From Nitrosopumilaceae archaeon (GTDB lineage: Archaea; Thermoproteota; Nitrososphaeria; Nitrososphaerales; Nitrosopumilaceae), in assembly GCA_965207375.1 (NCBI GenBank), contig OZ242274.1:1952001-2016000 (forward strand): a stretch of DNA of 64,000 bases. Reading direction: 5' to 3'. Position numbers and translations under genes: made by a program. How positions within the stretch are numbered: position 1 is the first letter of the stretch; the number at the start of each line of letters is the position of its first letter. Below the pieces are notes generated by a model. That model was not told the DNA's origin and searched no databases. It saw only the letters and a list, made by a program, of their open reading frames with translations. Below are positions 40,851 to 50,009 of the stretch, one piece after another.

Positions 40851-42143
40851 ATGGCAGCAGAAGCACACTTTATTCAGATTATCATAGGCGTGGGAATACT
40901 CTTGTTTGCAGCCAAAATAATGGCAGAGATATTTCTTAGATTAAAACTTCCAATTGTCCTAGGCGAATTACTAGCAGGTATGATTATTGGTCCGTTTGCA
41001 TTGGGATCATTTCTGATTTGGGACGGAGAGCACATTTTGCATATAGGACCAGAAATTAAGACGCTAGGAGAGATAGGCGCAATAGTCATTTTATTTATGG
41101 CAGGCCTTGAGATGACACCCAAGGAATTCCTAAAGGGTGGAAAGGCTTCGTTTACTGTTGGAACACTAGGTGTAGTGATCCCATTTTTTGCAGGTTTGAT
41201 GGTGTTCCAATTTTTTGGATACGATGCACTTCAATCTATGATGATTGCAACTGCGCTTACTGCAACAAGTATTGCAATTTCAATTCAAGTGCTAAGTGAA
41301 TTTGGAAAAATAAAAACGCCAGAGGCCAGATTGATTATCGGTGCAGCAGTAGTAGATGATATTTTAGCCATTGCGGTGCTGTCAGTTGTTTCATCAATTG
41401 CAGCAGATGGTCAGGGGGTAGAAAACATAGACATAACAGAGGTTACAATTACAATTCTCAAGGTACTTGGATTCTTTGCCGTAATGTTAGTTGCAGCAGT
41501 ATTTTTGGTGCCAAAATTTGTAACACCAAAGCTGTGGAAGGCAAAGGGAAGTGTGGAAGGCATTGCGACTGCGGTTTTTTTTGGGGCAGCAGCATTGGCA
41601 GGCTCCATCGGGCTATCGCCAATCGTCGGCGCCTTTGCGGTGGGAATGGCACTGTCAACTACCAAAGTGTTTGAAAAGGTCGAAAATTATATTGAAAAGG
41701 TAGGCCTCATATTTGCACCCCTATTCTTTGCAATAATAGGAGCTCAAGTGGACTTTACCAGCGTAGACTTGAATGTTTTGATGTTGAGTGGAGTCGTAAT
41801 AGTCATAGCAGTGGTAACAAAATTATTTGGTTGTGGACTTCCTGCTGCCTTGTTTCTCAAAAATAAAAGACAGGGAATGCGTGTTGGAATAGGTATGATC
41901 TCCAGAGGAGAGGTCGGATTAATTGTTGCAGGTGTGGGGGTTTCATTGAGCATATTAAACTCAGAGGTATACTCTACAATTGTCCTAATGGTGGCAGTCA
42001 CAACAATAATCACGCCAATTTGGTTAAAAATGGAATACCGAAAAGAGTTGCAGAAACAAGGAGACGGACTGCCAGCTACACGTCAAGACCCAGATGAGGA
42101 AGACGGTTCAACAGGTGACAAGGTCACGCATCAAACGAGATAG
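40851..42143 (+). CDS. CPA2 cation:proton antiporter
   Basis: LFMAGLE, ATSIAI, AVVDD, SRGEV. Confidence 0.92.
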   Translation: MAAEAHFIQIIIGVGILLFAAKIMAEIFLRLKLPIVLGELLAGMIIGPFALGSFLIWDGEHILHIGPEIKTLGEIGAIVILFMAGLEMTPKEFLKGGKASFTVGTLGVVIPFFAGLMVFQFFGYDALQSMMIATALTATSIAISIQVLSEFGKIKTPEARLIIGAAVVDDILAIAVLSVVSSIAADGQGVENIDITEVTITILKVLGFFAVMLVAAVFLVPKFVTPKLWKAKGSVEGIATAVFFGAAALAGSIGLSPIVGAFAVGMALSTTKVFEKVENYIEKVGLIFAPLFFAIIGAQVDFTSVDLNVLMLSGVVIVIAVVTKLFGCGLPAALFLKNKRQGMRVGIGMISRGEVGLIVAGVGVSLSILNSEVYSTIVLMVAVTTIITPIWLKMEYRKELQKQGDGLPATRQDPDEEDGSTGDKVTHQTR

Positions 42144-42257
42144 TCCAATATACGTATAAGATCAAGTTTTACCATCAAAATAACATAGTAATTTCATAAA
42201 ATACTGCCAAACTAGGAGCAAAGCCACTATTGCAAGTCTGATATACACATGAGCCGA

Positions 42258-42692
42258 TCACAGATGCAGTTCAAATGATACTGCGTGTTTTGTAAAACCC
42301 ACATGTGTATAAAATTCATGGGACTGTTTTCTATTCATGCCAGACTCTAGTCTTATTCTATAGCATTTGTCTTTTGCAAGTTCTATACATGCACAGATTA
42401 GCTTGCCTCCAATACCTTGTTTTTGATATTTTTCAGACACTACCAGCTCAGGAATGTACAGTTCGGTTTTTGTATGATTAAGGCGCCTAAGATACATAAT
42501 CGATACCATTCCAAGTAAAATATCACCACGTGTGGCAACTAAAATATCAGAGTCAGCAGAGATTATACAGTCAAGTACCATTTGAGAAAATTGGTCTACA
42601 TTATTATCTGGTTTTGGACGTCCCAGATAGTATAACAGATCTAGTATTGCATGTATGTCGTTTTTTGAGGCCTTGCGTATTATACACTCCAC
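42258..42692 (-). CDS. GNAT acetyltransferase
   Basis: VVSEKYQKQGIGGKL motif A; GTG 42692 preferred because the longer ORF starts inside a MITE. Confidence 0.82.
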   Translation of the reverse strand: MECIIRKASKNDIHAILDLLYYLGRPKPDNNVDQFSQMVLDCIISADSDILVATRGDILLGMVSIMYLRRLNHTKTELYIPELVVSEKYQKQGIGGKLICACIELAKDKCYRIRLESGMNRKQSHEFYTHVGFTKHAVSFELHL

Positions 42693-42735
42693 AATGTAAG
42701 AATACAGTTTGGATAAAAATAGTTTTAAAAATTTG

Positions 42736-42825
42736 GTAACTATTAACGTCATACCTAGATTTTGCTCTATTTTTTGAAATTTCATGCCTAAAATACCATA
42801 AATTCAAAATAACGTTAACAGATAC
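42736..42825 (+). mobile_element. IS66-derived MITE (family C)
   Basis: GTAACTATTAACGT...ACGTTAACAGATAC inverted ends. Confidence 0.7.
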
Positions 42826-43166
42826 GAATCATCTATACCCAGATTCTGCATCGGCATATCAAGCAGTCAGTATCCCAACATGTCGCGCCGAACACAATAG
42901 TAAATGTTTGAGAATTTCTTTGCAACACTTTCGTATATTTCCAGTCTTTTGGCAATTTCCCAAAATATCTTTTCAAACTTTTGTGTCACCTCCTTACCTG
43001 TAAGTTCTGTAGTCATTTCTATCTTTTTTATGATACTATCATACATCTCATCTGTGTCAGAAGGAATTTGTGGTTCATCTACCATGTATCTACCTGTATC
43101 AGTTATGGTAACCTTTGCATCTCCAATATCATACTGTTCTAGTATCGTAACATCAGATGATTTCAT
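42826..43166 (-). pseudogene. 5' fragment of a type II/IV secretion (FlaI/VirB11-like) ATPase
   Basis: YMVDEP...YYCVRRDMLGY*LLDMPMQNLGIDD resembles the YY..RD..GYG.ID.LM.D..IED motif; cut off at the MITE. Confidence 0.6.
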
Positions 43167-43319
43167 ATCTGCACGCAAGAGTCTATAGTCCAATGATATC
43201 ACAGAAATATTTTGTATAAAAGGAACAAGTTTCTGGTTTTTGAAATGTCAGCTTGGTTTGTGCTATACAAGATACATTGACCTACAGTAAATTCTATTTC
43301 TTGTTACAATACATTTTGC

Positions 43320-44814
43320 GTACTTGTTCACCTATTTTTGAGCATTTTTGGCCCTAAATGTACCGAACCAGCTCTACTAGATAATCCTGTCCCAGATTCT
43401 TCCAGGTAGTAACACACGTATACAGATTGCCTCTACGCTCCATACTTTTTTCAGATCTGAGACATCCACGTATTCTCCTGCACACGACATACTCACGCAG
43501 GCTCTGCTCTGCAAGATTGCTTGTAGATGGTATACGAGGGTCTATGACAAACCGGAACATGTCAGGTATGGCCCGTGACAGTTTTGCTACAAATTTACCC
43601 ACAATTTCATCATTGGCATACCTTTTGACAAGGTTACGTGTTCTTTTTTCCAATTGTACAGCATATGATTCTCTGTAATCAGGTGGTTTGTCTAGGACAT
43701 GTTTGCCGTCATGGTATATTTTCTGTAGGCATTGTAGTGTATTTTTTGCAATTTTAGAATCTGGATTCTTTTGTGATATTGTTTTGATTTCACGTATTAG
43801 GTGCGCGTTACATCTCTGGATGATATATCTGCGGTATGGAGGCCATCCGTCACAGGTTATGATTATATCTTGTGAGTCACCTATTATTTCCTTGAGTACG
43901 TTTGCTCCCCTGCTGGGATTAATTATATAGAAATTCTCACTTGTAATTGGATTATGAAACGTCCACAACCATATAGTCTTTCCATGCAGTCGCTCTGATG
44001 TCTCATCTGCTATCAGAATCTCGGCTTCCTGTATCTTTTCTTTTATCTCATTTGCAGGCACAAATAACGCATCAGAGACTGTATCTATGATGTTTTGAAT
44101 ACCTCCTTCAGATATTTCGATTCCACGTCTTTTCATGGCCTCCTTGTTCATACGTACCGGCATGTGATGTATGTGGTTATCCATTATCTCCTTTATCACT
44201 TCATTTCCAAACTGACCTTTTTTTGGAATGTCAACCTCGGGTGTAATGTCAGTAGCTCCACAGCAGTTGCAATGATACCCATGAATCTTGTGCTTGCAAG
44301 TATGTGGAGGAGGAGTTTTTACAATATCAGTTATTATCCTGATTTTGGTGTCTGTATGGTGTATGTCTTGAGAACCACACTTGGTACACGTGTCTAATTT
44401 GTGCTCTTTTTCTTCATCTACTTTGACCTTGCGGGCTACACCTGTGCGACCAGGTTGTCCTCCCTGTTTTTTTCCAGTAGATTTTTTGTTCTCTGCACGT
44501 ATTTTGCGGTCCTGCTTGCGTGTAATGGAATCCTTAGATGGAGGAGTATTGGAATTGTCATGATAGTTGTCACGTTTGGTAAGCTCTTGAATTTTTTTAT
44601 CTTTTTGTAGTAGGAGGTCATCTTTTTGTAATATGATTTTTTGTAAACTTGATACTAGAGATTCAAGAAGAAGGACTTTTCGGTGTTCCTTTTTGTATGC
44701 ACTTTTCCAGTTGATGGTACTCATTATACAACTTGTGAGTCAGAATGATTTAGATCTGATGGTGATCAAAATTTGAACAAATGGTGAAATTGTAGACACC
44801 ACGTGAACAAGTAC
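43320..44814 (-). mobile_element. intact IS66-family (ISBst12-type, single ORF) insertion sequence, 1495 bp
   Basis: TIR GTACTTGTTCAC/GTGAACAAGTAC; 8-bp TSD CATTTTGC at 43312-43319 and 44815-44822. Confidence 0.93.
43354..44724 (-). CDS. IS66-family transposase
   Basis: NSNTPPS, GGQPG, CxxC zinc ribbon, ADET, CDG, QRCNAHLIRE, SNLAEQSLR. Confidence 0.93.
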   Translation of the reverse strand: MSTINWKSAYKKEHRKVLLLESLVSSLQKIILQKDDLLLQKDKKIQELTKRDNYHDNSNTPPSKDSITRKQDRKIRAENKKSTGKKQGGQPGRTGVARKVKVDEEKEHKLDTCTKCGSQDIHHTDTKIRIITDIVKTPPPHTCKHKIHGYHCNCCGATDITPEVDIPKKGQFGNEVIKEIMDNHIHHMPVRMNKEAMKRRGIEISEGGIQNIIDTVSDALFVPANEIKEKIQEAEILIADETSERLHGKTIWLWTFHNPITSENFYIINPSRGANVLKEIIGDSQDIIITCDGWPPYRRYIIQRCNAHLIREIKTISQKNPDSKIAKNTLQCLQKIYHDGKHVLDKPPDYRESYAVQLEKRTRNLVKRYANDEIVGKFVAKLSRAIPDMFRFVIDPRIPSTSNLAEQSLREYVVCRRIRGCLRSEKSMERRGNLYTCVTTWKNLGQDYLVELVRYI

Positions 44815-44874
44815 CATTTTGCAATCCATAATTATTTCAAGATATAAATTATAGATACACGTAACATTACACAC

Positions 44875-44975
44875 GGTAGGTTTACCTAGCTAGGTAAGGT
44901 GTCGCCCTGAAGCGGTTGCCTCAGAGAGGCGATTGTGTCACGAGCACATCGTGGGTTCGAATCCCACACCTACCG
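44875..44975 (+). tRNA. Ser-type (long variable arm, G73) tRNA with GAA anticodon and 14-nt BHB intron (44913-44926)
   Basis: GGTAGGT/ACCTACC-G; TCGCC/GGCGA stem; BHB CTGA-AGC / TCAG-AGA; V arm TGTG...CACA; GGTTCGAATCC; upstream TATAAA 44843. Confidence 0.85.
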
Positions 44976-45141
44976 CTAGAATCTATAACTATATTAATTT
45001 TCAAGACTATATCACGCCTGAAACCATGACACGAAAATACACGTAACAGATCGACTTTCTGAAGTTACTTTGATTTTTAGATGATCCATGAAACTAGACA
45101 GTTAATGCTAAAGAATCGAAAGTGGGAATATTACATATTTT

Positions 45142-45940
45142 GTAAGTGTTAATGTCATGACTAGGTTTTGACCATTTACAATCAAATTTTTGGCAACATG
45201 ATCTAAATGAGGTCAAATAGCCAAACCATACGTTGACAGATTACAAAAAACTCTAAAGACAAACTAACTAAATCTAAAATTCAAACAGATAATGGAGGTA
45301 CAAGATAACATGTTGCAAAAAAAGATGTCATAATACAAAAAAAGAATGACACAGAAATAAATCTAAAAAATACAGTAAGATAACTAGAAAATGATGTACA
45401 CAATTTAAAAACTATTGTCACTGATCTTAATAAAAAACTCCAATTTTATGATAATACACATACTGTATAATCACGCAAGATGTCAGAAAAGAAGAGAGTT
45501 GAGAATAAAACTGAGAATAAAAACAAGAAAACGACAGGTAAATGAGGAGCACCAAAAGGACACGAAGGTGCAACAAGCCAAAACCTACAAAATTCAAACA
45601 ACACACGCCAGCAAAATGTCCAGAGTATGGTTATGAAGATCTTGAAATTAACGAAACACAGATACGCGACATTACAGACGTACCACAACCAGTACTGCAA
45701 CAGTCTGAAACAACACGTAGTAATCACAAAAAAGATTGGAATCATAAATTCCATTATTATGGCGTCGTCATGTCTGACTACACGGGTTTGCGTTCCATTC
45801 TTTGTTAAAATCACTATACACACCGATACAACAAATCTCTTTAAATTCTCGAATCTTGAAATGTATGTAATTTCGACTGCTAGTAGCAATGAAATGTATG
45901 CTCCCAATGGTTATCAGGTGTTCACGATGTTAACATTTAC
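45142..45940 (+). mobile_element. decayed, internally deleted IS66-family element
   Basis: ends GTAAGTGTTAATGTC / GATGTTAACATTTAC; frameshifted transposase pieces (CPEYG..., QIRDITDVPQP); paralogous to 26737-27091. Confidence 0.7.
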
Positions 45941-46057
45941 AATTTTTTTGAGAACAGATAACTATTCAACATAACGACTTAAGACCACGTACGATATCGT
46001 GTTTTTTATTATCAAAAAAAAAAGAAAAAAAATTCCAGTTGCATTTACGCTGTAGAC

Positions 46058-47386
46058 CTAGGAATCAAATTCCAGTTGGCCTGTTTCTGCAACATACTTG
46101 CCTAGACTTATCCAGTTAGAGCCATCAACTGACCATATCTCATAATCAGATATTGCCAAGTCACCAAACTCGTTGAAGATAACCTTGCCTATTGAACCTG
46201 TATGCTCTGCTGCAATATCTGGCAGTGCACTTTTCAGGACATCAGTCTCAATAGAGTCGGTAGATTCAATTGTCTTGCCTAGCACCCAAAGTGAGTCATA
46301 TGCAGAATATGCATAGTTTGAAGGTGCAGAGCCTTTTACAGATTCAAAATGAGCTTTTACGTGCTCGTATGTTTCGTTGTCTGATGCAGCAAACTGTGTT
46401 GTAATCAGATTTACATCATTTGCAAAACCTATAGCTAATGGATCATTAGTTATTGCATCGTCATTTGAGGATGCATCAGAGCCAAACCATTGGACTGTAC
46501 GTAACAATTCAGAGCTCCCGGCGAAGTTCATCAGATGAACAGCTTCTGAGAAGCTAATCATCAAAATTGCAATATTATCGATGTTGTATCCTTCGTTCAT
46601 GTACTGTTGTACCTTGGCATCAATCAAATCCACCTCATTTGAAAATGTTGTACCCTCAGGCGAGTATCGGATTCCTTCATCTACGACAATGCCTAACATT
46701 TCTGCATTATCCCTAGATGAGGCATACAAGCCATCACCCCACACGTCTGCTCTGTACACAGCTATGACAACTTGTATGTCATGATATTGTAACAGCTCAG
46801 CTATTACTACTCCTTGTTGTGTGTCATCAGGTACAAGTCGAAATATGGTGTCATCTATTGCAAGCTTGGGGCTTGTGCTAGATGGACTCAACAATATGAT
46901 TCCATTAGAATCTGCATATGGTTTGATGTTTCTTAGCTCAGAGCTTGACTGAGTGCCCAAAATAAAGTTTACACCTTTTGAGTTTAGCGATTGAATTTTT
47001 TCAAGTGCCACTACAGGGTCAGTCTGCGTGTCCTCTATTATGAGGTTTACACTCCAGCCTGCATCCTTGTCTTGGAGATACTTGTTAAAATCTTCTGCGG
47101 CAAGCTCTACTGCAATATTACTGTCATGTCCATGACTTGCAATATCACCAGTTGCAGGAAGCATAACACCGACATTTACGATGTCAGGCAAAGACATTGA
47201 TTCAGACATCATGTCAGTGTCAGACATTTGGTTTTCCATGTCAGTGTCAGACATTTGGTTTTCCATGTCAGTGTCAGACATTTGGTTTTCCATCATGTCA
47301 GGTGAGTCCTGAAATAGCGATACGGCAGCTATGGCGCCACCAGCTATAATTACAGCTGCAATTATCAAAACGATAGACGTTTTCAT
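46058..47386 (-). CDS. livK: branched-chain amino-acid ABC substrate-binding protein
   Basis: VGVMLPATG, EDTQTDP, SPSSTSP, FRLVPDD, AYDSLW; adjacent permeases and ATPases. Confidence 0.8.
   Translation of the reverse strand: MKTSIVLIIAAVIIAGGAIAAVSLFQDSPDMMENQMSDTDMENQMSDTDMENQMSDTDMMSESMSLPDIVNVGVMLPATGDIASHGHDSNIAVELAAEDFNKYLQDKDAGWSVNLIIEDTQTDPVVALEKIQSLNSKGVNFILGTQSSSELRNIKPYADSNGIILLSPSSTSPKLAIDDTIFRLVPDDTQQGVVIAELLQYHDIQVVIAVYRADVWGDGLYASSRDNAEMLGIVVDEGIRYSPEGTTFSNEVDLIDAKVQQYMNEGYNIDNIAILMISFSEAVHLMNFAGSSELLRTVQWFGSDASSNDDAITNDPLAIGFANDVNLITTQFAASDNETYEHVKAHFESVKGSAPSNYAYSAYDSLWVLGKTIESTDSIETDVLKSALPDIAAEHTGSIGKVIFNEFGDLAISDYEIWSVDGSNWISLGKYVAETGQLEFDS
47210..47293 (-). repeat. 27-bp tandem repeat x3 (MENQMSDTD)
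   Basis: catgtcagtgtcagacatttggttttc at 47210, 47237, 47264. Confidence 0.93.
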
Positions 47387-47412
47387 TAGATGGAAGAAAT
47401 TACACCTATACT

Positions 47413-48417
47413 TTAAGTATTGTCATATTTTGTGATTTTTTGTGGTATTAGTCCATGTGGCCTAAATATCAACACGACAATCATTATTGCTCCCAATAGC
47501 AAATAATCAAGCCAAATTATATCAAACGGCAGGTATCCATCAAAGGCATCATTATAGTAGATTATCAGTTTTCTTATGCCAATAAAGAGCAAGGTTCCTA
47601 CAAGGACACCGCGGTTATTTGCCATACCGCCTACTATTACCATCACAAATGGCAGAAACGTCCAGTTGAGACGGTTGTATCCAAGTGCCACTACTCCTTC
47701 TACATATCCGGCGTACAGAAGGCCTCCAATTGCGGCAATGGCACCTGCTACCATCATTGTCTTTATTTTTATGCGAATGATGTCCTTGCCAAGGCTTGCC
47801 AAGGCCGTTTCGTCATCACGTACGCCACACAATAGTCGCTTTACAGGCGAGTTTGTCAAGCGCGATACCAAGAAAAACACCACGCCTGCAATACCTAGCA
47901 GTATAAGACTAGATGCCAGAAATCTGTATTCATCAGGAACTATGACAAAGTCCGGTATTGCCATCCCCAAAGTTCCACCGACTAGACCCTCATAGTTTGT
48001 GCCAATAATGCGTATCATCTCACCAAAGGCAAGCAACACTATTGCAAGATAGTCACCTCGCAGTCTGATAGCAGGATATGAGGATACCGCACCAAGGGCT
48101 GCCCCTGTTGCCATGGCAACTAGAATAGTTACTCCAAATACGGCTACTGCGGTACCTGGCTCAGATGCAATGTGTGTGTTGATGGCAGATACTAGGGCAA
48201 AGTTATCATGTATAGGATCAAGACTGCTATCCAGTATTATACCATACAAAAACATTGGAACTATGGCCATCACAAATGCACCTGCACCTACAGCAAGTAC
48301 CTTTCCAAAGTTTGGAACACCAGCAAATCCAAACTCTAGGTTTAAGCTAAGGTTGATGATCAAATATATGGAAAATATTGCAATTAGATCTGCAATAAAA
48401 ATAAGCTCAGCTGCCAC
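47413..48417 (-). CDS. livM: branched-chain amino-acid ABC permease
   Basis: RLRGDYLAIVLLAFGE, RDDE.A, RPHGL. Confidence 0.85.
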   Translation of the reverse strand: MAAELIFIADLIAIFSIYLIINLSLNLEFGFAGVPNFGKVLAVGAGAFVMAIVPMFLYGIILDSSLDPIHDNFALVSAINTHIASEPGTAVAVFGVTILVAMATGAALGAVSSYPAIRLRGDYLAIVLLAFGEMIRIIGTNYEGLVGGTLGMAIPDFVIVPDEYRFLASSLILLGIAGVVFFLVSRLTNSPVKRLLCGVRDDETALASLGKDIIRIKIKTMMVAGAIAAIGGLLYAGYVEGVVALGYNRLNWTFLPFVMVIVGGMANNRGVLVGTLLFIGIRKLIIYYNDAFDGYLPFDIIWLDYLLLGAIMIVVLIFRPHGLIPQKITKYDNT

Positions 48418-49318
48418 GTACCTTCGCTCCTAACTTGTACACCAAATGTATCAGACCCTGTGGCGAGATCATCAACGTCACAATAATGAATAAAAATGGA
48501 ATGAGTAACTTGTATGGAATAATCCAATATCCAAGCGTTTGTGCAAGTACGTTTGTACCCAAAATTTCAGCCATGCCAACTATAATTCCTCCTAGTATTG
48601 CACCCCATATGTTGCCAAATCCCCCAACAATACTGCCTGCAAATACGGTAGGTAAAATTAGCGCTGCAAGACTTGGATCTCCTTGAAACCAGACAGACAT
48701 CAGTACGCCTGCTATTCCACCCAAGCCCCCACTTACAAACCACGACACACAAAATACCCTACCAGTATTGATGCCAAAGACTTGGGCTAAAGCAGCATTC
48801 TCAATTGATGCCCTCATAGATACGCCAAATTTTGTATGGTATAATAACCAGTACAATATTGCAGAGATGCCAATTACTGCAATCAATGATGTTACAAGCA
48901 CTCCAGGATATCCAAATACAGTATAGTCAAAACTGCGCAGCGTAAAGTCACGTGCCGTAACTTGGTATCCTTGCTGTATGGTATCTGCCAATATGTTAAT
49001 TACACCTATCATGAAAATATCAAAGGCAAGTGTTGCAATGATTAGCACCAAATATGAACTGCGCTTTTTCTGCAATATTCGGATTATACCATAGTACAAA
49101 AACAGGGCAGTGGCACCAGATACTAAAAATGCCAAAGGCAGTGCAGAATACGGTGTCAGTCCCCAAACCTTGGTAGCTATAAACGCCATGTACATTCCAA
49201 GTATTGCAAAACTAGTATGTGCAAAATTTGGTACACCTGTTACCTTGTATGTCAGTGTGAGACCGATACACAAAACGGCCATGACACATGCATAAATGAT
49301 GGCATCTGCTAAAATCAT
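48407..49318 (-). CDS. livH: branched-chain amino-acid ABC permease
   Basis: GLTLTY..GVPNFAH, TKFG..MRA, IVGGFGN, PQGL. Confidence 0.85.
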   Translation of the reverse strand: MILADAIIYACVMAVLCIGLTLTYKVTGVPNFAHTSFAILGMYMAFIATKVWGLTPYSALPLAFLVSGATALFLYYGIIRILQKKRSSYLVLIIATLAFDIFMIGVINILADTIQQGYQVTARDFTLRSFDYTVFGYPGVLVTSLIAVIGISAILYWLLYHTKFGVSMRASIENAALAQVFGINTGRVFCVSWFVSGGLGGIAGVLMSVWFQGDPSLAALILPTVFAGSIVGGFGNIWGAILGGIIVGMAEILGTNVLAQTLGYWIIPYKLLIPFLFIIVTLMISPQGLIHLVYKLGAKVRGS

Positions 49319-50007
49319 GGGCCCAAACCTAGGTATTTTTGTCCAAGAGATTCATCATCTAACAGCTGTTGTGGGTCTCCTGCATACTGGATGGTACCAG
49401 ATGACACAAGAATGCAGTAATCTGCTATACCAAGCGCTGCCTTTACGTTTTGTTCTACTATTACTGTACAGTTTTGCAGATCGTGTTGTATCTGAGTTAT
49501 TTTGTCTAGTATCATTTTTGCATTTTTAGGCGACAGGGCAGCAGTTGGTTCATCATACAGACACACCTGTGGTTTTTTTTGGATCATCATGGCCATTGCA
49601 AGTAGTTGTCGCTGTCCACCTGAGAGCTTTGATGCCTTTGTGGTACTATATGACTCTAACATTTCAAACATGTTAAACGTATATTCTAAATCAGGCTTTT
49701 CAGGATGCGCTGCCATGATCAAATTCTCATGTACGCTTAGCTCTGAAAACACGTTATGAGTTTGAGCCATGTAAGATATGCCAAGTTTTGATAGTTTGTG
49801 AGTAGATATTCCGGTTATATCGGTATTGTCGTACAATATTGTACCAGAATACACATCACACAGATTCACAATTGAGCGCAGAATAGTTGATTTGCCTGAA
49901 CCGTTAGCACCAATTATTGTTGTAATGTTTTTGCCTACCTCCAAGTCTACCCCGTGTAAAATCTGATGCTTGTCGTATCCACTGTATAGAGATTTTACAG
50001 ATATCAT
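49315..50007 (-). CDS. livF: ABC ATPase
   Basis: GANGSGKST, LSGGQRQ, DEPTAALSP, VEQN. Confidence 0.85.
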   Translation of the reverse strand: MISVKSLYSGYDKHQILHGVDLEVGKNITTIIGANGSGKSTILRSIVNLCDVYSGTILYDNTDITGISTHKLSKLGISYMAQTHNVFSELSVHENLIMAAHPEKPDLEYTFNMFEMLESYSTTKASKLSGGQRQLLAMAMMIQKKPQVCLYDEPTAALSPKNAKMILDKITQIQHDLQNCTVIVEQNVKAALGIADYCILVSSGTIQYAGDPQQLLDDESLGQKYLGLGP

Positions 50008-50009
50008 GA

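Noticed and set aside
44901-44932. Reading the intron tRNA as Ser(TGA), or as Ser(GGA) via a 34/35 intron
   Set aside because: TGA needs C33 and a 9-nt loop, and no BHB supports cleavage at 34/35. The only good BHB gives a 37/38 intron and GAA.
45415-45974. Four overlapping short ORFs as real genes
   Set aside because: They are frameshifted pieces or shadows of the decayed IS66 remnant.
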